64,000 nt of DNA from an uncultured Rhodobacteraceae bacterium. GTDB lineage: Bacteria; Pseudomonadota; Alphaproteobacteria; Rhodobacterales; Rhodobacteraceae. The position numbers and the translations under genes were made by a program. The notes under the pieces are model-generated. The model saw only the letters and a program-made list of their open reading frames with translations. It searched no databases and was not told the DNA's origin. The DNA lies in contig CANLSM010000001.1 in assembly GCA_947493745.1 (NCBI GenBank), forward strand, positions 89,913-153,912, given 5' to 3'. This document shows positions 30,641 through 39,255 of this stretch, piece after piece. How positions within the stretch are numbered: position 1 is the first letter of the stretch; each line of letters opens with the position of its first letter.

Positions 30641-32113
30641 TCATTCCTTCCAGTACACAGCCGTCATGTCATTGGCCTGGGTAGGAGAATTCTCCCAAAG
30701 GCCGACGATTCTCGCGTCCGCCACACCGGTTTTGGCAAGCTGGAACAGATAGCCGTTCACATAGTTCTCGGAAATCCGGGTCTGCACAGCCTGAAGGACA
30801 GCCGTGCGATCATCGGCATCGGTCATCGCGTCGAGGCCCTTCATCATCGCCTGCACCACCGGATCATCATACTGGAAATAGTAGTCGGGCCGGGCATAGA
30901 TGCCGATATCCATCGGCTCGGTATGGCTGACGATTGTCAGGCCATAGTCCTTGCCGCGGAAAACCTCCTCCAGCCATTGCGCCCATTCCAGATTGGTGAT
31001 CTCGGTCTCGATGCCGACCGCGCGAAGCTGTGCCGCGATGATCTCGCCGCCGCGACGGGCATAGGATGGCGGCGGCAGTTTCAGCGTTGTCGTGAACCCG
31101 TCAGCATAGCCGGCCTCTTCCAGAAGGGCCTTCGATTTCTCCGGGTCAAAATCCGAGTTTGCGGTGAGATCCAGATAGGCCGGATTATGCGGTGCGAAAT
31201 GCGTGCCGATCGGTGTTCCATAACCAAACATCGCTCCGTTGATGATCGCCTGCCGGTCGATGGCATGGGCCACGGCCTCGCGCACCCGAACATCGTCGAA
31301 AGGGGGTTGCTGGTTGTTGGTCGACAGGATCGTTTCGCCCTCGGTCGAACCGACGATCACATTGAAACGGGGATCCGCCTCGAACTGCGGCAGGTTCTCG
31401 GGCGCGGGAAAGACCGGAAACGCATCCACATCGCCAGCCATCAGCGCGGCAAAGGCCGCTGTTGGATCAGAGATGAACTTGAAGGTGACGCCTTCAAGCT
31501 TTGCCGCTTCGCCCCAGTAGTCCGGATTGCTGGCGATCTCGACCCGATCACCCTGAACCCAGTCGGCGAACTTGAAAGGGCCGGTGCCATTGGGTGCTGT
31601 CTTCGCGTCTTCAGTGAAGCCCTGATCGACAATCACCGCATCTCCCCAGGCGAGATTGAAGAGCAGCGAGCCGTTGGGGGCAATCAGCGTCACTTCGACA
31701 GTGCTGTCATCAACGACATTCACACTGTCGATATCGGCAAAGAGCGCCTTCTGCGCGTTCGTCGAATCCTCGCCACGCGCCCGGTCGAGCGAGAATTTCA
31801 CATCATCGGCAGTCAGGGTGGAGCCATCGTGGAACAGCACGCCTTCCTGCAGGGTAAAGGTGTAGGACAGGCCGTCCTCGGCGATCTCCCAGCTTTGCGC
31901 CAGACCGGGAACGACCGAACCGTCAGAGGCAAACCGGGTCAGCCCCTCGTAGATATTGGCATAGACCACCTCATCGATGGCCGCGGCAGCCGCACTTGTG
32001 GGGTCCAGATGGGGAGGTTCAAGCTGCATACCGATGGTCAGTGTGGTTTGCTGTGCATAGGCCGATCCCGCCAGCACACAAAGCGACGCGATACCTCCAA
32101 GCAGGTGTTTCAT
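30641..32113 (-). CDS. ABC importer substrate-binding protein, family 5
   Basis: 490 aa with a signal peptide and SBP_bac_5-like sequence. Confidence 0.85.
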   Translation of the reverse strand: MKHLLGGIASLCVLAGSAYAQQTTLTIGMQLEPPHLDPTSAAAAAIDEVVYANIYEGLTRFASDGSVVPGLAQSWEIAEDGLSYTFTLQEGVLFHDGSTLTADDVKFSLDRARGEDSTNAQKALFADIDSVNVVDDSTVEVTLIAPNGSLLFNLAWGDAVIVDQGFTEDAKTAPNGTGPFKFADWVQGDRVEIASNPDYWGEAAKLEGVTFKFISDPTAAFAALMAGDVDAFPVFPAPENLPQFEADPRFNVIVGSTEGETILSTNNQQPPFDDVRVREAVAHAIDRQAIINGAMFGYGTPIGTHFAPHNPAYLDLTANSDFDPEKSKALLEEAGYADGFTTTLKLPPPSYARRGGEIIAAQLRAVGIETEITNLEWAQWLEEVFRGKDYGLTIVSHTEPMDIGIYARPDYYFQYDDPVVQAMMKGLDAMTDADDRTAVLQAVQTRISENYVNGYLFQLAKTGVADARIVGLWENSPTQANDMTAVYWKE

Positions 32114-32117
32114 TTGA

Positions 32118-33413
32118 TTACCCCTCTCCGTTTTCCGTCAACAGACCCGACAACGCGACACTCATTACTTTTGCGGCATCTACCATATCGTCAATGCCAA
32201 CATATTCATCCGGCTGGTGCGCGAGATCAAGGATGCCCGGACCATAGGCGATACAATTTTGCAAACGACCGATGCGGTCAATGTGTTTCTGGTCATATGT
32301 CCCCGGCGAAACAACAAAATCCGGCGTTTTGTCGAGTACATGGATCACCGCATTCTCAACCGCCCGGACAACCGGTGCGTCCCGTTTGGTCATGGTCGGC
32401 TGAACCTCGTGCAGATCCCGCAGCTCGAAACGGAAATCATCGCGCCTTGCGCCCACGCGGGCCAGAAGATCGGCCATTTCCTGCTTCACATCCGCGATGT
32501 CCTCTTCGATCAGAAACCGCCGGTCTATGACCATGCGGCAACTGTCGGGAACAACCGGCGCCGGGAAGCCGGTGAAGTCGTCGGGCAACTCATCCTGACC
32601 GCCATGGATCGAATTGAGATTGATGGTCGATTGCCTCGCGCCTTCCGGCACCACCGGCATGGCGGTTCGCTTCTCGGCCAGCGCGGGGAAGAGCGTTGTT
32701 TCCATCTCAGCAATCACATCGCCCATGTGACGCACCGCGCAATCCCCCAGAAACGGCATGGACCCATGACCGATCCGGCCCTTGGTTTCCAGCTCTGCCC
32801 ACCAGACACCGCGATGCCCCAGACAGATTCGGTCCTTGTTGAGCGGCTCGGGAATGATCACATGCTGCACCCGGTCGGGCGAGAAGTAGCCCCGCTCGGC
32901 AAGATAGGCGACACCGCCATAGCCGCCGGTTTCCTCATCCGCGGTCGCCGATATCTCGATGGCGCCGCTGAAATCGGGACAGATGTCGAGAAACGCCTCG
33001 GCGGCGATGATGCTGGCGGCCAGCCCGCCCTTCATGTCGCATGTGCCGCGCCCGAAGACCTTGCCGTCCCTGACCACGCCCTCGAACGGATCGACCGTCC
33101 AGCCATGGCCGACATCGACGACATCGATGTGAGAGTTGAAATGGACACAGTCACCGGGATTTCGGCCTTCGATCCGCGCGACCAGGTTCCACCTCGGATA
33201 AACGTCGCTATCACCGGGCGCACCCTCGGCGCGGACCATCTCCACGGCAAATCCGCGCTGCTCCAGCCGTGTTTTCAGGAATTCGCAGATCTCGCGATAG
33301 TACTCGCCCGGCGGGTTCAGCGTCGGGATACGCACGAGATCGCGTGTCAGATCCACCAAGGCGTCTCTGGCAGTGTCAACTTGCGTGAAAAGGCGATCCA
33401 TTGGATCAATCAT
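32118..33413 (-). CDS. M20 family metallopeptidase (ArgE/DapE/ACY1-like deacylase)
   Basis: HFNSHIDVV and GRGTCDMKGG motifs. First gene of the nine-gene operon. Confidence 0.85.
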   Translation of the reverse strand: MIDPMDRLFTQVDTARDALVDLTRDLVRIPTLNPPGEYYREICEFLKTRLEQRGFAVEMVRAEGAPGDSDVYPRWNLVARIEGRNPGDCVHFNSHIDVVDVGHGWTVDPFEGVVRDGKVFGRGTCDMKGGLAASIIAAEAFLDICPDFSGAIEISATADEETGGYGGVAYLAERGYFSPDRVQHVIIPEPLNKDRICLGHRGVWWAELETKGRIGHGSMPFLGDCAVRHMGDVIAEMETTLFPALAEKRTAMPVVPEGARQSTINLNSIHGGQDELPDDFTGFPAPVVPDSCRMVIDRRFLIEEDIADVKQEMADLLARVGARRDDFRFELRDLHEVQPTMTKRDAPVVRAVENAVIHVLDKTPDFVVSPGTYDQKHIDRIGRLQNCIAYGPGILDLAHQPDEYVGIDDMVDAAKVMSVALSGLLTENGEG

Positions 33414-33535
33414 AGATCAAGCCTTGGGTGGATAGGGGTCGCGCAATGTAGCCCATGATCGCGACACCGTGTCAATCTTCCCTTGGTGCGGCCAATTGCG
33501 CTAACTGGTAGCCGAATGCATCGGAGACCGGGCCC

Positions 33536-34189
33536 ATGTCGCTGGACGAGATCACCTCACGGATTGCTGTGGCAGAAAACCGGGCCGGTCGTGTGCCCGG
33601 ATCGGTCAAGCTGATTGCGGTGTCCAAAGTGCAACCCCCCGAGAGGGTCGAGGCGGTTCTCAAGGCGGGCCACAGGCTCTTCGGTGAGAACCGGGTGCAG
33701 GAAGCCGCCGGCAAATGGCCCGGCTATCGCGAACGTTTCGACGGGCTCTCGGTTCATCTGATCGGACCCTTGCAGACCAACAAGATCAAACAGGCGCTCG
33801 ACCTGTTCGAGGCCATCCACTCGGTTGATCGCCCGAAACTTGCGAGCAAGCTCGCCACCGAGGTGCAGGCCCGTGGCACATGCCCGGAGCTCTTTGTTCA
33901 GGTCAATACCGGCGAGGAACCACAGAAGGCCGGTGTGCTGCCCGATGACCTGGACAGCTTCGTCAAGCAATGCCAGGACCTTGATCTTCCGATCTCCGGC
34001 CTGATGGTGATCCCGCCGGTGGATGAAGAGCCTTCCTTGCATTTTGCCCTCTTGCGCAAGATGGCGGAACGCAACGGTCTGGAGGGGCTTTCCATGGGGA
34101 TGAGCAGCGATTTCGAGAGCGCGATCGCACTTGGAGCGACCCATATCCGCGTTGGCTCCGGTGTTTTTGGCGAGCGCGTTCCTACCTGA
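33536..34189 (+). CDS. yggS: YggS-family pyridoxal-phosphate homeostasis protein
   Basis: LIAVSKVQP (PLP lysine) and HLIGPLQTNK motifs. Confidence 0.9.
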   Translation: MSLDEITSRIAVAENRAGRVPGSVKLIAVSKVQPPERVEAVLKAGHRLFGENRVQEAAGKWPGYRERFDGLSVHLIGPLQTNKIKQALDLFEAIHSVDRPKLASKLATEVQARGTCPELFVQVNTGEEPQKAGVLPDDLDSFVKQCQDLDLPISGLMVIPPVDEEPSLHFALLRKMAERNGLEGLSMGMSSDFESAIALGATHIRVGSGVFGERVPT

Positions 34190-34664
34190 TCACAACGCGG
34201 GACCGAGTGGTCCAATGCGCGAGAATCCAGACAAGATCCGGTTTCGCAAACGCAATGCAGCCCGCCGTCGGGTGCCTCGGCTTTCGCCAGCAATGCATGA
34301 AAATCGCACTGCCCTCTCCATTTCGCACGGGATCGCGATTGTAGTTGAGAACAGCAACGATGTCATAGAGCGGATCGGGGCGCCTGAGCTGCTCTTCGCC
34401 CATGACATCGGTCAAAATGGCGGTGTTGTAACGCGGATCTTCGGGATCATCACACCATGCGTCCCTAAGGCCGATCACCCGCCCGTCGAAAGGCATCCGG
34501 TCGGGTCGGGTCCAGACCTCCTCAATCTGCCAGACACCCCTCGGCGACAGCAGATCGCCCTCACGCCGTTTGATCCCGATACCCGCACGACCCACCGAGC
34601 ATGCGAAACGCCGCCCGTAGAACTGCGCGCCCCAATGGGTGACTAGCAGATCGTCCCGCCTCAA
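34182..34664 (-). CDS. L,D-transpeptidase (YkuD) family protein
   Basis: SAIFMHCWRKPRHPTAGCIAF resembles the H...(S/T)xGC catalytic motif. Confidence 0.7.
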   Translation of the reverse strand: MRRDDLLVTHWGAQFYGRRFACSVGRAGIGIKRREGDLLSPRGVWQIEEVWTRPDRMPFDGRVIGLRDAWCDDPEDPRYNTAILTDVMGEEQLRRPDPLYDIVAVLNYNRDPVRNGEGSAIFMHCWRKPRHPTAGCIAFAKPDLVWILAHWTTRSRVVIR

Positions 34665-35734
34665 AGCAGATGCCCGGACTTTGCGGCCTTGGTGGCGAGA
34701 TAGGCGGCATTCTCCGGGCGCAGGCCGACCTTCAGCGGGACACGCTCAGCCACCGAGATGCCGTTTTCCTCCATCCGGGTGATCTTGGCGGGGTTGTTGG
34801 TCATCAGACAGACAGACGAAAATCCGAGCGCCTTGAGGATCTCCGCCCCGATCCGAAAATCACGCTCATCATCTTCAAATCCAAGCCGGTGATTGGCCTC
34901 GACCGTATCAAAGCCCTGATCCTGAAGCGCGTAGGCACGCATCTTGTTGGCAAGACCGATCCCGCGCCCCTCCTGGTTGAGATAGAGAAGAATGCCTGAC
35001 CCTGCCTCACCGATCTGCGCGAGGGCTGCCTGCAATTGTGGACCGCAATCGCATTTCAGCGATCCGATGACGTCGCCCGTGAAACACGCGGAATGCAGGC
35101 GGGACAGAACAGGCAAGGTCCGGTCCGGATTGCCGATCTCCACCACGTAATGCTCCTCGGAGCCATCTCCGGGCCGGAACACCCGGACCCGACCGGCATC
35201 CGCGACCGAGAGCGGGACCCGGGCGGCAGAGACCTCCTGCAAACCCAGTGCATCGTGAGTCGCAAGGTCGGCCAGCATCACATGGCTCAACTCGTGTTGC
35301 CGGGGCAACTTATCCAGCCGAACAACCAGCGCGGCAGGCAGAAGATGTGCATCCTTGGTGAGCCGGATGGCCGCGCGATGCAGATCGGCCGAGCCATCCC
35401 GTGCCGCCCGGAACGGACCTTTCATCGGGTAGCGCAGATCACTTGCCGGATCGGCCACGGACCTGATCCAGTCAACCTTTGCATCCCCCGGAACAAGCAG
35501 CCGGGCCACGTCGCCGTCATAGCAGCGCGCCTTGAGGGTCTCCGCACGCCAGCGCGTGACGGCTAGTTCCAGCGCGCCGAGCGTAGCCATCTGGGTGATC
35601 CGCTCCGGTGTTGCCATTTCAGCCGAAAGCGCGACGGCAGCACCGTCCCCGTCGCTCAGCAAAACCGGCACCCCCATGCGCAAATCGGCGCGCGCCCGCG
35701 CGATCCGCTCCTGAGCGCTCAAGAAAAACGACAC
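34661..35734 (-). CDS. ribA: GTP cyclohydrolase II with an N-terminal RibB-like domain
   Basis: HSACFTGDVIGSLKCDCGPQL zinc motif and LYLNQEGRGIGLANKMRAY. Confidence 0.9.
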   Translation of the reverse strand: MSFFLSAQERIARARADLRMGVPVLLSDGDGAAVALSAEMATPERITQMATLGALELAVTRWRAETLKARCYDGDVARLLVPGDAKVDWIRSVADPASDLRYPMKGPFRAARDGSADLHRAAIRLTKDAHLLPAALVVRLDKLPRQHELSHVMLADLATHDALGLQEVSAARVPLSVADAGRVRVFRPGDGSEEHYVVEIGNPDRTLPVLSRLHSACFTGDVIGSLKCDCGPQLQAALAQIGEAGSGILLYLNQEGRGIGLANKMRAYALQDQGFDTVEANHRLGFEDDERDFRIGAEILKALGFSSVCLMTNNPAKITRMEENGISVAERVPLKVGLRPENAAYLATKAAKSGHLL

Positions 35735-35909
35735 CCGATGACCTTTCTGTGAGGCAATCTTTCAAACCATTTCAATCCTATATCCCTGATACCCCGAAAT
35801 TGAAACAAATCAGGTGCCGCACACACAGCTGTGTGAGAGGGCCCTGACCCGGCTTGCCACGAGACGCTCCTGCCGCCACTTTCCAATCAAACGAACGAGG
35901 ATCGGACCA

Positions 35910-36596
35910 ATGAGCAACCTGAAAAAAATCCTGATGGTCGATGATGACGAGGATCTGCGCGAAGCACTTGCAGATCAGCTTGTGCTCACCGAGGAGTTCG
36001 ACGTCTTTGAGGCCGGTAACGGTGGCGAGGGGCTGGAGAAGGCCAAGCAGGACCACTATGATCTGGTGATCCTCGATGTCGGACTGCCCGATATGGATGG
36101 TCGCGAGCTTTGCCGCCTGATGCGCAAGCAGGGTGTGAAATGCCCGATCCTGATGCTGACCGGTCACAACACCGATGCGGACACCATTCTGGGCCTTGAT
36201 GCCGGGGCAAACGACTACGTTTCCAAGCCGTTCAAGTTTCCGGTCCTGCTCGCACGGATCCGTGCCCAGCTGCGCCAGCATGAGCAGTCCGAGGACGCGG
36301 TTTTCAACATCGGTCCCTACACGTTCAAGCCAGCGGCCAAGATGCTGATCGACGAGCAGGAGAAAAAGATCCGCCTGACCGAGAAAGAGACCAACATCCT
36401 GAAGTTTCTCTACCGCGCCACCGATGGCGTCGTCGCCCGCGATATCCTGCTCCACGAGGTCTGGGGCTACAATGCAGGCGTCACGACCCACACGCTTGAG
36501 ACCCATATTTACCGACTGCGTCAGAAGATCGAGCCCGATCCCTCGAATGCGCGCATTCTGGTTACCGAATCCGGGGGCTACCGACTGTCGTCGTAA
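35910..36596 (+). CDS. OmpR-family response regulator, CenR/PetR-like
   Basis: Receiver domain (MVDDDEDL...DLVILDVGLPDMDG) plus winged-helix domain (LTEKETNILKFLY...THTLETHIYRLRQKIE). The resemblance to Caulobacter CenR and Rhodobacter PetR is from memory only. Start trimmed to MSNLKKIL. Confidence 0.8.
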   Translation: MSNLKKILMVDDDEDLREALADQLVLTEEFDVFEAGNGGEGLEKAKQDHYDLVILDVGLPDMDGRELCRLMRKQGVKCPILMLTGHNTDADTILGLDAGANDYVSKPFKFPVLLARIRAQLRQHEQSEDAVFNIGPYTFKPAAKMLIDEQEKKIRLTEKETNILKFLYRATDGVVARDILLHEVWGYNAGVTTHTLETHIYRLRQKIEPDPSNARILVTESGGYRLSS

Positions 36597-36626
36597 GCCT
36601 TCGCGATACCTCCCTGTTGGACTTGG

Positions 36627-36653
36627 CCCGGGCTTCGCGCCCGGGTCTTTTTT
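36627..36653 (+). terminator. rho-independent terminator after the response-regulator gene
   Basis: CCCGGGC-TTCGC-GCCCGGG followed by TCTTTTTT. Confidence 0.8.
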
Positions 36654-36654
36654 G

Positions 36655-37026
36655 TCAGACGTGCTGATCCACAAGGATTGGATTGCCGTCCGGGTCCACA
36701 AGCGTGAAACTGGCCGGGCCCTCGCCCGCCTCATCAGCTTCCTCGATCAGGTCAATGCCCTGTTCCTTCAGTTTCTTCTGAAGATCCCGCACATCCTCGA
36801 ACGCCTCCAGCGCCTCGGCCTTTGCGGACCAGCCGGGGTTGAAGGTCAGGATGTTGTTCTCGAACATCCCCTGGAAGAGGCCGATATTCGTCGTGTCATT
36901 GCGCAGGATGATCCAGCCCTGATCGGCATCGCCCCCGACCGGCTCGAAACCCAGTTTTGAGTAGAACGCGATGGAGGCCTGAATGTCCTTCACCGCCAGA
37001 CTGATTGAAAACGCGCCCAATTTCAT
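36655..37026 (-). CDS. VOC / glyoxalase-bleomycin resistance family protein
   Basis: About 123 aa with a VOC-like fold sequence. Start trimmed to [10 protein letters not shown]. Confidence 0.7.
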   Translation of the reverse strand: MKLGAFSISLAVKDIQASIAFYSKLGFEPVGGDADQGWIILRNDTTNIGLFQGMFENNILTFNPGWSAKAEALEAFEDVRDLQKKLKEQGIDLIEEADEAGEGPASFTLVDPDGNPILVDQHV

Positions 37027-37155
37027 GTCACCTCTCCCGTAAATATGTGCCACAGTCTACAGGATCAGTGCGACATTGCCACAAGTCTGCGGGGTTGCCT
37101 GGTGGCGTGGATTTGCATTAAGTGAACATACGTTCATTTTTCTCCGGGAGGCTGC

Positions 37156-38763
37156 ATGGCTGTTCTGAAGTCCCAAGTCGCGGCAGGGTCCGAGGGGTTC
37201 AAGGCCAACCAATCCGCGCATCTGGCAGCACTTGAGGGTATCGCAGAGGCGGTGCAGCAGGCCCATCGGGGCGGCGGCGAGACAGCGCAGGAGCGTCATG
37301 TCTCGCGCGGCAAGATGTTGCCACGGGACCGGGTGGCCAATCTTCTGGACCCCGGCTCCGCCTTTCTGGAGGTCGGCGCCACGGCAGCTCATGGCATGTA
37401 TGGTGATGCGGCACCCGGCGCGGGCGTGATCGCGGGGATCGGGCGTGTCTCGAGTCTCGATGTCATGATCATCTGCAACGATGCGACCGTGAAGGGTGGC
37501 ACATATTATCCCATGACGGTCAAAAAGCATCTCCGCGCGCAGGAGATAGCCGCCGAAAACCATCTGCCTTGCGTCTATCTGGTCGACAGCGGCGGGGCCA
37601 ATCTGCCCAATCAGGACGAGGTCTTCCCCGACCGTGATCATTTCGGACGGATTTTCTACAATCAGGCGAACATGTCGGCGCTGGGCATTCCACAGATCGC
37701 GGTCGTCATGGGTTCGTGCACGGCCGGTGGGGCTTATGTCCCTGCGATGTCGGATGTGACGATTATCGTGAAGGAGCAGGGAACAATCTTTCTGGCGGGA
37801 CCGCCGCTGGTCAAGGCCGCTACAGGCGAAGAGGTTTCCGCCGAGGATCTGGGCGGCGGCGATGTGCATACCCGGCTTTCGGGCGTGGCTGACTATCTGG
37901 CCGATGATGATGCTCATGCCCTGGCGCTGGCCCGACAGGCCGTTGCTGGTCTGAACCGTCAGAAGCCGCGAACCGTCCTGCTTCAGCCCAGCGAGGATCC
38001 GGCCCATGACCCTTCCGAGCTGCTCGGCGTTGTCCCTGCCGATCTGCGCACCCCTTACGATATCCGCGAGGTCATCGCGCGGCTTGTCGACGGCTCCCGC
38101 TTTGACGAGTTCAAGGCGCGTTTCGGTGAGACGCTGGTCTGCGGCTTTGCCTATATCACTGGCATTCCTGTGGGGATCATCGCGAATAACGGCGTGCTGT
38201 TTTCCGAGAGCGCCCAGAAAGGCGCGCATTTTGTCGAGCTGTGCTCGACCCGCAAGATCCCGCTGATTTTCCTGCAAAACATCACCGGCTTCATGGTCGG
38301 TCGGAAATATGAAAGCGAGGGCATCGCGCGTCACGGGGCCAAGCTGGTGACAGCCGTGGCGACCACCAGGGTTCCCAAGATAACGATGCTGGTCGGCGGT
38401 TCTTTCGGTGCCGGAAACTACGGCATGGCGGGCCGGGCCTATTCGCCCCGCTTCCTGTGGACATGGCCGAACTCCCGGATTTCCGTGATGGGCGGAGAGC
38501 AGGCCGCAGGCGTTCTGGCCACTGTCCGTCGCGCCGGGATCGAGCGAAAGGGTGGCAGTTGGAGCACGAACGAGGAAGCCGCCTTCAAGCAACCGATCCT
38601 CGATCAGTTCGAAGAGCAGGCGCATCCGCTTTATGCCTCCGCGCGGCTCTGGGATGACGGGATTATCGACCCGCGAAGGTCCCGCGATGTCCTGTCCCTG
38701 TCACTTCGCGCTTCCCTCAACGCCCCCATCGAGGACACGCGTTTCGGCATTTTCAGGATGTAA
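37156..38763 (+). CDS. liuB: methylcrotonoyl-CoA carboxylase, carboxyltransferase (beta) subunit
   Basis: 535-aa carboxyl_trans protein adjacent to the biotin carboxylase, HMG-CoA lyase and hydratase genes. Confidence 0.9.
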   Translation: MAVLKSQVAAGSEGFKANQSAHLAALEGIAEAVQQAHRGGGETAQERHVSRGKMLPRDRVANLLDPGSAFLEVGATAAHGMYGDAAPGAGVIAGIGRVSSLDVMIICNDATVKGGTYYPMTVKKHLRAQEIAAENHLPCVYLVDSGGANLPNQDEVFPDRDHFGRIFYNQANMSALGIPQIAVVMGSCTAGGAYVPAMSDVTIIVKEQGTIFLAGPPLVKAATGEEVSAEDLGGGDVHTRLSGVADYLADDDAHALALARQAVAGLNRQKPRTVLLQPSEDPAHDPSELLGVVPADLRTPYDIREVIARLVDGSRFDEFKARFGETLVCGFAYITGIPVGIIANNGVLFSESAQKGAHFVELCSTRKIPLIFLQNITGFMVGRKYESEGIARHGAKLVTAVATTRVPKITMLVGGSFGAGNYGMAGRAYSPRFLWTWPNSRISVMGGEQAAGVLATVRRAGIERKGGSWSTNEEAAFKQPILDQFEEQAHPLYASARLWDDGIIDPRRSRDVLSLSLRASLNAPIEDTRFGIFRM

Positions 38764-38766
38764 CCG

Positions 38767-39255
38767 ATGGCTCGCCCGCGAAAAAAGAAGTCCTACAAGC
38801 GCCGGGGCGGCAGCACGTTCATCATCCTGCTGCTGATGATCTCGTTTTGCATAGGCATCGCCACCGGCCGCATCGAGATGATGTGGAAGATGGCGCAACG
38901 ATACACAGACGAGACGCGGCCGAAATGCGAGGTGATCCGGGTGATCGACGGCGACACCGTCTCGCTCCACTGCCGGGAGACCGGCTTCGAGAGATTGCGG
39001 ATCATGGGATATGACTCGCCCGAGATCTTCTCGCCGGATTGCATGGAAGAGCTTGTGAAGGGCTACAAGGCGCGGTGGGATCTGCAACGCATCCTGTGGT
39101 CCAGCGACAAGCTGTTCTTCGTGTTCCGTGGCCGTGACCGCTATGACCGCCGCCTGGGTGAGATCCGTGTCGGCGGGCGGAGCGTTTCCAGACAGATGAT
39201 CGAGACCAGCTATGCCCGTCCTTACAACGGCGGCAGGCGAGAGAGATGGTGCTGA
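38767..39255 (+). CDS. membrane-anchored thermonuclease (SNase-like) family protein
   Basis: N-terminal TM helix, then VIRVIDGDTVSL...LRIMGYDSPE...DRYDRRLGEI, which is SNase-like. Inserted between liuB and liuD. Confidence 0.65.
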   Translation: MARPRKKKSYKRRGGSTFIILLLMISFCIGIATGRIEMMWKMAQRYTDETRPKCEVIRVIDGDTVSLHCRETGFERLRIMGYDSPEIFSPDCMEELVKGYKARWDLQRILWSSDKLFFVFRGRDRYDRRLGEIRVGGRSVSRQMIETSYARPYNGGRRERWC

